NCBI RefSeq assembly: GCF_964213995.1
Contig: NC_135804.1
Location: 67,952,001 to 68,016,000 of the forward strand
Length of the DNA: 64,000 bases
Direction of reading: 5' to 3'
Source: Mustelus asterias
Taxonomy: Eukaryota
Position 1 is the first letter of the stretch. Each line of letters opens with the position of its first letter. The notes beneath the pieces were generated by a model. That model saw nothing but the letters and a program-made list of their open reading frames with translations, made no database searches and had not been told where the DNA came from. Made by a program: the position numbers and the translations under genes. Positions 51,320-62,166 of the stretch are shown here, piece by piece.

Positions 51320-51772
51320 CAGTGCCGGATTTAGACTTGGTGAGGTCCTAAGCTATATAAAGCTTGGAGGCCCCTTGTTAAAAAGTTACAGTTTAAAAAC
51401 TGGAAACGTAATTATGTTGTTTCAACCGTGGATGTCGGCTCTGCAACGCTCACATTTGCATCACTTCCAGTGTTTTCCTCAGCTGAGATTCCAGCCTCTG
51501 TTGTCTCAGTAGCAGATGAACTAGGCTATGGTTGTTTTGGACTTTGAGGATCACCTTGGGTTTGCGGATCCTTATCTGTCTCTGGAGTAAATTAACTGTC
51601 AACTTTTGGTAAGCTTTTGAGTTGCTCTTCAAGCTGATGCTTTCTTTTTCTTTTCTGGTATCTGCTCTTAAATGTTCTCTTCATTGTAAACCTTCTGAAA
51701 TTGTGTGAGGCCCCTATGGATTGTGAGGCCCCAAGCTGTAGCTTGTTTAGCTTATGCCTAAATCCGGCACTG
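51320..51772 (-). mobile_element. Non-autonomous hAT (Tip100-like) deletion derivative
   Basis: Perfect 15-bp TIRs CAGTGCCGGATTTAG / CTAAATCCGGCACTG; the minus strand from ATG 51684 reads MKRTFKSRYQKRK/KHQLEEQLKSLPKVDS, a transposase-like N-terminus. Confidence 0.78.
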
Positions 51773-52399
51773 AACCACTCGAAGAGAGAGAGAGAGAGAG
51801 TGCCGCACCAAGAAGTGACAGAGGTTATCGGCGCTAGAGGTCCTCACAGGACGACAGCTAAGGGGTGATTAGGAGACAAAAATAGTGAAAGCGCTCGAGA
51901 GAGAGCGTCAGAAGTCCCCGTGGAAGGGGGTGTTGTGGGGGAGGGCGGGGGGGGGGGGGGGGCGTGGGGGGCGAGGGTGGTGAGAGTACCAGGTGGGCTT
52001 ACAGTGGGACTCAGGAAGTTTACAAAATACAGAGAGAGAACGGCAGACAGGCTGTGAGTATCCAAGACAGCCTGTGACACACAGAGAGGGCCGATCAGAA
52101 GGGTCGGAACGCCCTCGTGTGAATGCTTGTAAATTGCAGGTCAATTGTTAAACCGTTTCCAAATACCAGGAGTTAGTGTTTTTAGTGGAATTAATGCAGA
52201 CACGTTAAAATCAAATAGGGTCTTGAAATTGCTTAATTTTGAGAACGGACGAAGACCAAGGGAATTCTGAAAAAAAAAGGATACGAATTCCACAGTGATT
52301 TGAACTCTGCAATTTTTGGAGAGGTGATGTGTGTGCTCTCGGTAGGTGGTGGGGCGTTGTGTTTCGGAAATTGTAAGGAGAGTTAAAGAGTGAAAGAAG

Positions 52400-53336
52400 A
52401 TAGAATATAGAACATTACAGCACAGTACAGGCTCTTCGGCCCTCGATGCTGTGCCGAGCTTTGTCCGAAACCAAGATCAAGCTATCCCACTCCTTATCAT
52501 TCCGGTGTGCTCCCTGTGCCTATCCAATAACCGCTTGAAATTTCCGAAAGTGTCCGACTCCACTATCACAGCAGGCAGTCCATTCCACAGCCCAAGCACT
52601 CTCTGAGGAAAGAACCTATCTCGGACATCCCTCCTATATCTCTCAACATGAACCCTATAGTTATGCCCCCTTGTAACAGCTCCATCCACCCGAGGAAATA
52701 GTCTCTGAAGGTCCACTCTATCTATCCCCCTCATCATCTTATAAACCTCTATGAAGTCGCCTCTCATCCTCTTCCGCTCTAACGAGAAAAGCCCTGGATC
52801 CCTCAACCTTTCCTCATAAGACCTACCCTCCAAACCAGGCAGCATCCTGGTAAATCTCCTCTGCATTCTCTCCAATGCTTCCACATCCTTCCTATGGTGA
52901 GGTGACCAGAACTGCACACAATATTCCAAATGTGATCTCACCAAGGTCCTGTACAGTTGCAACATAACCGCACGCTCATAAACTCAAACCCCCGTTAATA
53001 AACGCTAACACACTATAGGCCTGCTTCACGGCTCTATCCACTTGAGTGGCAACCTTCAGAGATCTGTGGATATGAACCCCAAGATCTCTCTGTTCCTCCA
53101 CATTTCTCAGAACCCTGCCGTTGACCCTGTAATCCTCTTTCAAATTTGTCCTACCAAAATGAATCACCTCGCACTTATCAGGTTTAAACTCCATCTGCCA
53201 TATTTCGGCCCAGCCCTGCATCCTATCAATGTCTCTTTGCAGCCTACAAAAGCCCTCCACCTCATCCACTACTCCACCAATCTTGGTGTCATCAGCAAAT
53301 TTACTGACCCACCCTTCAGCCCCCTCCTCCAAGTCA
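52400..53336 (-). mobile_element. CR1 3' fragment inserted in the ERV; same subfamily as 2168-3958
   Basis: ORFs 52477-52965 and 52976-53332 are nearly identical to the C-terminus of ORF 2246-3652 (..RHMEHT..SGIA*). Confidence 0.92.
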
Positions 53337-54618
53337 ATAAATATGATAGTCTTAATTTAGCAGTTATAGTTGGGAATTGGAATATTTAAAAGCGATTCTG
53401 ATAATCTTGTTTTCGATTGATCTTAACAAAAACGAATAATGAGATAAAGCTTAGAATTAGTTTCTGAAAGTACGGAATTTTGACCTGATGATGTCCATTG
53501 AAGAAAATGTACTCTGCCCTTTTTTGAAATAAATAGAGATTTGACCCCATTCTGTCCCAGACAGAATGAATTTTTTTGTTTTAAGGTTTTGCAGCAGCTT
53601 TAAGGCATTCCAGAATTCATTTGTCTATGTTAAATACAGTAAATGTATTATCGTGAATCAAAATCTAGTATGGGGAGAGAATTTAGTGAAGAGTTACACA
53701 TGGAAGTATGGGAGTGAGTGTTTAATGATTCACAGATTAGTATAATCAGAAATGAGGGAAATAACCCAGTGGAATAAACTAACGTTAAAGGAAAGGAATA
53801 GGTATGGGATGTGGGAAGTGATCAGGGTCATCAAAGAGACATTATAGAACAGGTAAATAGAGTAGGACGGAATTAAAGCTGGGATTCCTTTGATGGATAC
53901 ACAGAACAGCAATGGTCATAAGGAATATACATTTAACGAGATTCTAGAAAGTAAAACGCAGTTTAAGTGATTGTTGTGGATGAAGAAGCTTTTAAAAATC
54001 AAGAGATTAAATAGACACTTATGAACAGTTGAAAGCCCATAACTCTGTTTTTCTGCATTTGGGACAATTCTGACATTAAGAAAATGCGCTGAAAGCAAGC
54101 TACCTTAATAACATTATGCCATTTAAGATAAACCACGAGCAATAGAAATAAATTACTGTCTGGAATCAAATTGAAAACTTTGATTTCTGTTTCAAAAATG
54201 CCATTATGTCATAGAATTCTGTAAAATAGTGGAAATTCCAGAGGACCGGAAGAAGGTTATGCTTTATGTTCAAAGATGTCTCCCCGGAAAGGGGTAAGAC
54301 AAATATTGGAGTTTTTAAATTACTACAGGAATTTTGTAGAACATTATGCTGTACCTGCCGAACCTTGACATTACCTGATTAAGGGAGGAAAACCTAGAGG
54401 TGAGAAAGTAATATGGGGAAATACAGAGAAGCAGGCTTTTTCAGTTTAAAACAGGCCGTGTAAAGGTCCCTGCCTTGGGACTGACAGCTGTCAAGAGAAC
54501 GATGGAATGCAAGCTGTGACAGAAGCCCAATAACATGGAGACAGAATAAGACCAGTGAGGTGCTACTCCTATATTTCCAGGAGACAACAGCAGAGAGAAT
54601 GCTGCAGGAGAGTTAACA

Positions 54619-54855
54619 GTGCAAGGGACAGAGCATGAATGTGTCGTGAAAGTGACAGAAACAGCAAGCGAAAGGTTAGCAGAGGAACCACTCGCAGGGG
54701 AAGGAGTGATTAATCTGTATGTAGATAGAGCCAGAAAGTATGTCAATGGTGAACGCCACATGGCATGGACGGTGGTGAATGGCGAAGGAACAGGAATTGC
54801 AGGAGAACAAATCCCAGGGAGTAATTCAGCACAAGTAGCACATTTGTTCGATTGA
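54619..54855 (+). pseudogene. pol: Retroviral pol relic: tether end and RNase H N-terminus
   Basis: EHEC..LYVDRARKYVNGERHMAWTVV..IPGSNSAQVA fits the retroviral RNase H consensus F/Y-x-DGS..G..VV..LP..SAQxAE. Confidence 0.75.
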
Positions 54856-55244
54856 ACAAATACTTAAAATGCAGACTCAGAGGGCAAACGATAAGGCTGA
54901 TGAGAATATGAGAGAGCTGTTGGTACAGCCCAGACGGAATTCAAACAGCGGGTCTGGCAGCCGCACAAGCCAGGGAAGTCGCAGACATTGATGTGAAATA
55001 AATACAGGAACAAGCATCAGAGGAAGAGAAAGATAAATGGGAAAAACGTGGAGGAAAGAGTGGTCAATATGGTGCATGGAGAATCGAATATCGAAGAATA
55101 GTCCAAGAAGTAATACAACAGGTCATATTGGCGGCAAATCGTATTGGTTTCCTGTTGGATGAAGGGTTCTTATTACCTTAGAGAATCTTCCGTGCACATC
55201 TCATACTCTTAAACTCCCTTGCTTGCCAAGACATCTGCGTGCTA

Positions 55245-55700
55245 CTACAGAGGGAGAACATTTTTGGCACAGTGTTTCCCCAATATGGAGTGGCTAGAAC
55301 AATGCAAGAGATTATAATTGTGTGCTCCAGTTTGAACAAGTTGCCAAATGATACAGCAACTGCCCTTGTGAAGATGAATTTCTGAGATGGTTGCCATGCG
55401 TACAGAATGGCATTGGGTTACGCCGTGGCAGCAAGGGGAGGGACATGGGCAGTAATTAGATTGGAATGTTGCATTTATATATCAGACAGAAAACATAACT
55501 AGTCTGGTTGTACACATCAAGAAGGAGGTGAAGAAACTCAAAGACCCTGAACAATTCATCTTTGGTGGTTGGCTCTCAAGCTGGATAGGTTATTTGGGTA
55601 CATCGATCCTGTAAGGGATTATATTATTTTTTATTGTGAAACAAGTGTCAGCAGTAATTGCATATTTGATCAGGACTGTCTAAGTCCATAGAAAGCACAA
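55245..55700 (+). pseudogene. env: Retroviral env TM-subunit relic
   Basis: VFPQYGVA fusion-peptide-like stretch and a heptad region; 55404-55487 reads RMALGYAVAARGGTWAVIRLECCIYISD (immunosuppressive domain plus degenerate CX6CC). Confidence 0.8.
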
Positions 55701-55836
55701 CAGCAGTGATGGCAGTCAGAATAAGCAAGAGTAGACCCCAGTAACCAACTTGTTCTTTAAGGACCAAGGCTAGTTACTAAGATCATCTTGTGTAGTGGCC
55801 TTACTTGGTCTTTGACCAACAGCCAAGAGGGGGGAC

Positions 55837-56772
55837 TGATGTAAGTGGGCTCAATTAGGCTAATTTAAAAAAAACACATGGTTTGAGAACACTAACACCA
55901 TACTGACTTAAGAGTGAATGATCTTAGACGAGAGAAAGCGCTGACAAGAGACTGTCAATTAAAGAGAGACCCAACTGAATGACAAATATCTCCCATTTAA
56001 AACATGTATTTTTTAATTTATAAAGTGGATGCAATTTGCTTTTAGTATACATTTTGTGAAACTTCATCAACAGCAAGATACAGCAGTGCTTGGTGGGATG
56101 AGGCAGCAAGACAGTGCTTGCATTCTGTAGGACAATAGTTTTGCTGAATGTGGCGACTTTATCAGCAGTTGTTAGGAACAAAATGGCTACAAATGCCCGC
56201 TTTATGAACAGAAACTATTCAGCTCAAAACTGGTAACATAGGTGCAAGGCAGACATAAGGATTTTCTCAGGGTCAGAAGAGTGCCACGTGGGTTAGAGTC
56301 TGTGGGACTCATTCTCTATTTCACTACCCAGGGTAACTGAGCGAGGTCACATTCGAAATTAAGGACAAATGAGATCCCTTGAGTTCAGTGTGTCAATTGT
56401 TATTGACTGGAGTTGGTGATACGGATGATTAGTGACTGATTTGTGTTAATGTTTGCTGGATTATGCCACGATGGCACAGTGGTTAGCACTGCTGCCTCAC
56501 AGCGCCAGGGACCGGGTTCAATTCCCGGCTTGGGCCACTGTCTGTGTTGCGTTTGCACGGTCTTCGTTCGTTTCCTCCGGGTGCTCCGGTTTCCTCCCAC
56601 ACTCTGACAGACGTGCTGGTTAGGTGCATTGACCCGAACAGCGCTGGAATGTGGCGACACGGGGAATTCCACAATAACTTCATTGCAGTGTTAATGTAAG
56701 CCTTACTTGTGACTAATAAATAAACTTTACTTTACTTTCCAGGAAAGGCGGGAAAATTGATTTTGAAAATGT
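55837..56772 (+). repeat. ERV 3' LTR (SINE-interrupted, 3'-truncated)
   Basis: Starts TGATG immediately after the PPT; resumes at 56740 with ggaaagg..gattttgaaaatgt, matching 50721-50753. Confidence 0.8.
56468..56737 (+). mobile_element. HE1-headed V-SINE with alternative tail
   Basis: ggcacagtggttagcactgctgcctcacagcgccaggg head; tail gccttacttgtgactaataaataaactttacttt. Confidence 0.85.
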
Positions 56773-58115
56773 TGGGCCAATTCATCTAACCTGCACATAT
56801 TTTGACAGTGGGAAGAAACACGAGCACGTGGAGGAAGGCATGCAGACAGGGGGCGGGGGGGGGGGGGGCGGCGCGGGGTGGGGGGAAGGGGTAAGGGGTT
56901 GGGGAGACGGTGTGGAGGGGGGGATTGTGCAAACTCCAGAGAGTCACCCAAAGCGGGAATTGAAGCCGGGTCCCTGGAGCTGCGGGGGAATATTCCTTGT
57001 CTTCCAGCTGTCGCCAAGGAGGATTTGAAAATTACTGTCGATGCCCCACATATCTCCTCACCTGCCTCCCTCAACAACCTGTGATGCATATCATCCATGC
57101 CTGCAGTTGTGCTCACTTTTAAGGCCGTTAAGCATGCTAGTACCTTCTTGCTTTATGTTAATTTTCTTTAAAATTTCATAGTCTTCCACTCTGATGCCTA
57201 CTACTGCGTCCTCTTTTTCCATTGTGAAGATCGTTGCAATGTTATTGAGGACTGTATCCACAACTTCCGGGTCATCCTACAGATTTCCTATATGGCCTCT
57301 AATTGACCCTATGGTTTTCCTCATATTATTTGGTACTTAATTTATTTAAAGTATATTTAGATGACCTGCATTCGAGTTCCTGATTTGGAGTCTGCCTGAA
57401 TCTGCCAATTAGGGAGTGGTTGTGCCGTGCTATTGATTGACATATTCAGAGAAGCACAAATTCACGATAAATATCTCTAAAATGGAAAATATGGCATATT
57501 AGCGAATACTAATATGAAATATTTCCTGTCAGTTGTCCCTGAGGTTAGCAACGAAGGGTTTTCCTACAAAATTGAGGTTACTTTGGAAATCTTGAAAACA
57601 TATTTTTCCCGTCATAATCTCATCTCTTTAATATCTTTAATTCTCTCTCTTTTTCCGCACCTCTCCCTTGTTCAATTTTAGGTTTCATATTTCTTTTTTT
57701 TAGGTGCAGACGTTCACGTTGAATTACAGCTCCAAATTAAATTATAGGTCTGCGTGCGGATTGGTCAACCTGCTCGTTAAATTTCTGTTGCACAGTAAAA
57801 TACGGATGTTGACATTTGAAAAACAGCCATACAGTTTAACACCTAAGTGCCTTAACGTTGGTCGTACAGGCTCTGCAACCTCAACGACTTCAACTTTGAA
57901 AACAGAATCGGAGCCGTTTTCATTCCATTTTCCAACGTACAAACTGATAATGAAAACTAAACTGGAAGTTCTGTTCGTCATTTCTAAAGCGGTATGCCAG
58001 AATTAGCAGATAAACATAATCTAAGATTTTGAGCACGTAAATAAAGAAACAGAAAACGAACATTTTTTTGAACGTAACAAAACGAATTCACTGCGTTTAA
58101 AACATATAAACATAC

Positions 58116-58153
58116 CGTTTCTGCAGAAGGAGGCGATACATCTCCAGCTGTCA
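58116..58153 (-). CDS. Short cytoplasmic exon of the inhibitory receptor
   Basis: Acceptor ttttttatttccaatgcatag and donor gtatgt; 38 nt, phase 1 to 0, (V)TAGDVSPPSAET; joins the TM and terminal exons in frame. Confidence 0.65.
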
Positions 58154-58537
58154 CTATGCATTGGAAATAAAAAATCGAAACGAAATTGTCAGGTTGTTTG
58201 TTTTACAGAGCAGGTGAGAATACAGTTTGCATCTTTGAAGTAACATACGGTTCCGAATTCTCCCATAGCGCTCGCCACTGGAATTTCAGCGGGCGGTGGG
58301 GGTAGTGGGGGGCGGGGTGGGGGGGGGGGGGGGGGGGAGAGTGGGGAGTGCTGGACGATGTTAACGTCCATTGAAGCCGGGAAGGAATCTCCGGTTTTTA
58401 GGCGAGCGCAGCCGGAGATCTGACATTATAAATGTACATAAATATAATTGTGCACGCACTATTCAAATACTCAACTCGCGTCAAATTTCGACATGCATTT
58501 TAACATTTTAAACGTAAATTGCTAAATCTGTTCTTAC

Positions 58538-58648
58538 CTTTGCAAGTCCGTAACGCGCATTGCTTCCCGATGATGGTCACAAGCACAAGACAGACGAGCC
58601 CACTGACGACGCACCCAGCTGTCAACAGTACAAATTTAATGCCGGTAT
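58538..58648 (-). CDS. Transmembrane exon of a type I receptor
   Basis: Acceptor attaatcttgcag and donor AAG|gtaaga; 111 nt, phase 1-1; (D)TGIKFVLLTAGCVVSGLVCLVLVTIIGKQCALRTCK with an uncharged hydrophobic core followed by a basic/Cys juxtamembrane segment. Confidence 0.85.
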
Positions 58649-58774
58649 CTGCAAGATTAATGAATGTTACTGAGAGGAATCTTCATATAGGAATAGGGAA
58701 AAAAATAACTCCAAAAGGATGACAAAATAACTGCACAAAAAATATTTTATTAGCTTCCTCCTTTCAGTGCAACT

Positions 58775-61035
58775 GTGATTTGATTCGATATATTGTTGTC
58801 ACATATATTAGTATACAGTGAAAAGTATTGTTTCTTGCGCGCTATACAGGCAATGAATACCGTTCATTGAGAAGGAAAAGTGAGAGGGCATGGAATCCAA
58901 GGGGCTGCTGCCCTGTGGATCCAGAACTAGCTGGCCCAAAGGAGGCAGAGAGTGGGTATAGATGGGTATTTTTCTAAATGGAGGTCGGTCACGAGTGGTA
59001 TGCCCCAGGGATCAGTTCTGGGACCCTTGCTGTTTGTCATTTTCATAAATGACCTGGATGAGGAAGTGGAGGGATGGGTTGGTAAGTTTGCCCACGACAT
59101 GTCAGAAGTTACAGAGGGATAGATAGGATGCAAGACTGGGCGGAGAAGTGGCAGATGGACTTCAACCCAGATAAATGCGTAGTGGTCCATTTTGGCAGGT
59201 CAAATGGGATGAAGGAGTACAATATTAAGGGACAGACTCTTAGTACGGTAGAGGATCAGAAGGACCTTGGGGTCCGGCTCCATAGGACTCTAAAATTGGC
59301 CCCGCAGGTGGAGGAGGTGGTTAGGAAGGCGTATGGTGTGCTGGCCTTTATCAATCGAGGGATTGAGTTTAGGAGTCCGGGGATAATGATGCAGCTATAT
59401 AAGACCCCCGTCAGACCCCACTTAGAGTACTGTGCTCAGTTCTGGCCGCCTCATTACAGGAAGGATGTGGAAAAGATTGAAATGGTGCAGAGGAGATTTA
59501 CAAGGATGTTGCCTGGATTGAGTGGCATGCGTTATGAGGATAGGCTGAGGGAGCTCGGTCATTTCCCCTTGGAGAGACATAGGATGAGAGGAGACCTAAT
59601 AGAGGTATATAAGATGTTGAGAGGCATAGGTCGGGTGGACTCTCAGAGGCTTTTTCCCAAGGTGGAAATGGCTGCTACGACAGGTTTAAGTTGCTGGGGG
59701 GGTAGGTACAGGGGAAATGTTTGGGGGGACGTTTTTTACACAGAGGGTGGCGGGCGGATGAAATTGGCTGCGGTCAGTGGTGGTGGAGGCAAACTCAATA
59801 GGTTCTTTTAAGAGACTCCTGGATGAGTACATGGGACTTAATAGGATGGAGGGTTATAGGTAGGCCTAGAAGGTAGGGATATTTTCGGCACAACTTGTGG
59901 GGCCGAACGGCCGGTTTTGTGCTGTAGTTTTTCTATGCTTCTATGTTTCGAAGGAAAGGAGAGAATGCAGAATGTAATGTTACAGTCATAGCTACGGTGC
60001 AGAGAAAGATCAACGTAATGCGAGGTAGGTCCATTCAAAAGTCTGATGGTAGCAGGGGAAAAACTGTTCTTGAGGCGGTTGGCACGTTAAATCGGACTTT
60101 GGTATCTGTTTCCCGACAGAAGAAGGTGAAAGAGAGTATGTCGGGGGTCCGTGGGATCATTGATTATGCTAACTGCTTCTCCGAGGCAGCAGAAAGTGTA
60201 GACAGTGCCCATGGATGGGAGGCAGGTTTGATTGGTGGACTGGGCTTCATTCACATCCCTTTGTAGTTTCTTGCGGTCTTGGGCAGAGCAGGAGCCATAG
60301 CAAGTTGCGATACAATCAGAAAGAATGTTTTCTAAGGTGCATCTGCAGATGTTGGTGAGAGTTGTTGCAGACATGACCAATTTTCTTTTTCTGCTGAGAA
60401 AGTCGAGGCGTTGTTGGGCTTTCCTATCTATAGCGTCCGCTTGGAGGAACCAGGATAGTTTGTTGATGATCTGGACACCTAAAAACGTGAGGCTCTCCAC
60501 TATTTCTACTTTGTCTCCATTGATGCAGACAGGGGCATGCCCTCCACTACGCTTTCTGAAGCTGATGACTTTCTCTTTCGTTTTGTTGACATTGAGTAAG
60601 AGATTATTGTGGTCACCCAGTTCACCAGATTATCTATCTCTTTCCTGCACAATGTCTCGTCATTAATGAGATCCAGCCCACAACCGTGGTGTCATCAGCA
60701 AACTTGAAAACCGAGTTGGATGGGAATTTGTCCATACAGTCAAAGGTGAATAAGGAATATAGTAAGGGGCTGATGCCATAGCCTTGCGGGAGCACCGATG
60801 TTGAGGATGATCACGGAGGAGGTGTTATTGCCTATCCTTACTGATTACGGTCGGTGGTTTAGGAAGTCAAGGATCCAGTCGCAGAGAATGGAGCCGAGCC
60901 CTAGGCCATGAAGTTTAGAGATGAACCTCGGAGGAACAATCGTGTTAAAGGCTGAGCTGCCGTCTATGAATAAGAGTCTGACATAGATGTCTTTGTTTTC
61001 TAGGTGTTCTAGGGTTGAGTATAGGGCCAGGGAGA
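58775..61035 (-). mobile_element. Rex1/Babar LINE 3' part, split by a CR1 insertion
   Basis: [34 protein letters not shown]; the tail gatttgatt at 58778 continues after 59949. Confidence 0.85.
58881..59948 (+). mobile_element. CR1 3' fragment
   Basis: ORF 59128-59811 is nearly identical to ORF 62563-63507; (ctatgtt)n tail; flanked by gaaggaaa(a)g on both sides. Confidence 0.92.
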
Positions 61036-62166
61036 GTTTTGAATCGTTGTGATGATAATTTAACTTAGGCACTTAGAATCTCGCATGTGATCAAAAGTAC
61101 AACACAATATATTTTAAAGATGTTAATCTTGGCTTTCTATCTGTGTTGTTGGTTGACTTGTGTTCGATCTGTGTGATTTGCTTTCAGCCATAAAGTTGAA
61201 CATCACTTTTGTATATCAGCCACCGAACACAAACTTAGTCTGACATGGATTTGATTGGCCGCAACTCTGAAGCCACATAGTAGGCAGCTCAAAATTAGTC
61301 TTGCAAACCAATCGGAGATATCTATTCACTATGCATTTATGAGAAGTGACCCGAGTAGATTTACCTGAGTTCGAGGGTAGCGGGCGCATTGCGGCACAGG
61401 ACCCAAGAGCGCACATTCTTAATAGCAATAGTGGCGCGGTTCAGGGTTATTGATATGTACTGGAAGCAATAGAATACGAAAGCACATCTTAGGGTACAGA
61501 CCTTGCAGAAACCAGAGGGGCTGTAATTAATGCAAGTGGGAACATTTCAAAACTGCTGCCGACTTAAGCGATTTAGAGTCAAAGAGAAACACAGGATATC
61601 TGAGAAACATAGAACGCTGTACGGATAGGGCAACAGGACGGAAGACAATCAGATAACAGGTCACTGAAATATTACAGTAATTTGAAATAGATTTCAAAAT
61701 TTTACTTTTAAAAGGGGGATTGGTGTGCTTGAAGAAGAAACGGTGTTCACCGCTTGCACTTTGTGGAGACGAAGCTCAAAGAATACACTGGGAAAAACCG
61801 ACCAGTGTTACTGAGAACCGTGGCTCAATACTGAACACCAGCATCGGGAGATTGTGGCGTAATCGTATGGTCACTCGACTCGTAACCCGGGTAAAGCTCT
61901 GGAGACAAGCTTCAAAACCTACCACAGTAAATAGTGCAAGTTTAATTCAATCATTTGCAATCTTCATATAAAAGTGTAATGCCCACTGAGAAACTATTGT
62001 TGAGTGTCGTACCAACAGAGCGTTCTTTAGGAAAATAAAATCTGTCCCAATACATCCGTGCAAAAAGTAAACCTGAAGCTATTACAATCATCTTAATTGA
62101 AAAGTTGTCGAGTGGAGTATCCATTTCGCCCTGCTCCTGACGTCGCCATGGATTACGCATTCGATT

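Larger units (their letters stand above)
50060..56772 (+). mobile_element. Degenerate endogenous retrovirus (class I-like; gamma-type env)
   Basis: Direct-repeat LTRs, PBS-like TGGCGCTGC at 50965, PPT aagagggggga at 55825, RNase H relic and env ISD-CX6CC relic. Confidence 0.85.

Noticed and set aside
57742-57981. Minus ORF containing LGVKLYGC, reminiscent of a discoidin (F5/8C) C-terminus
   Set aside because: Only one short motif, the wrong phase relative to the upstream exon, and located on the cytoplasmic side of the gene model
61365-61665. Minus-strand phase-1 donor (..PLPSNS G|gtaaat) as the Ig exon preceding the TM exon
   Set aside because: All three frames contain stops and lack the Ig Cys/Trp pattern; cannot be supported, although a short exon here is not excluded
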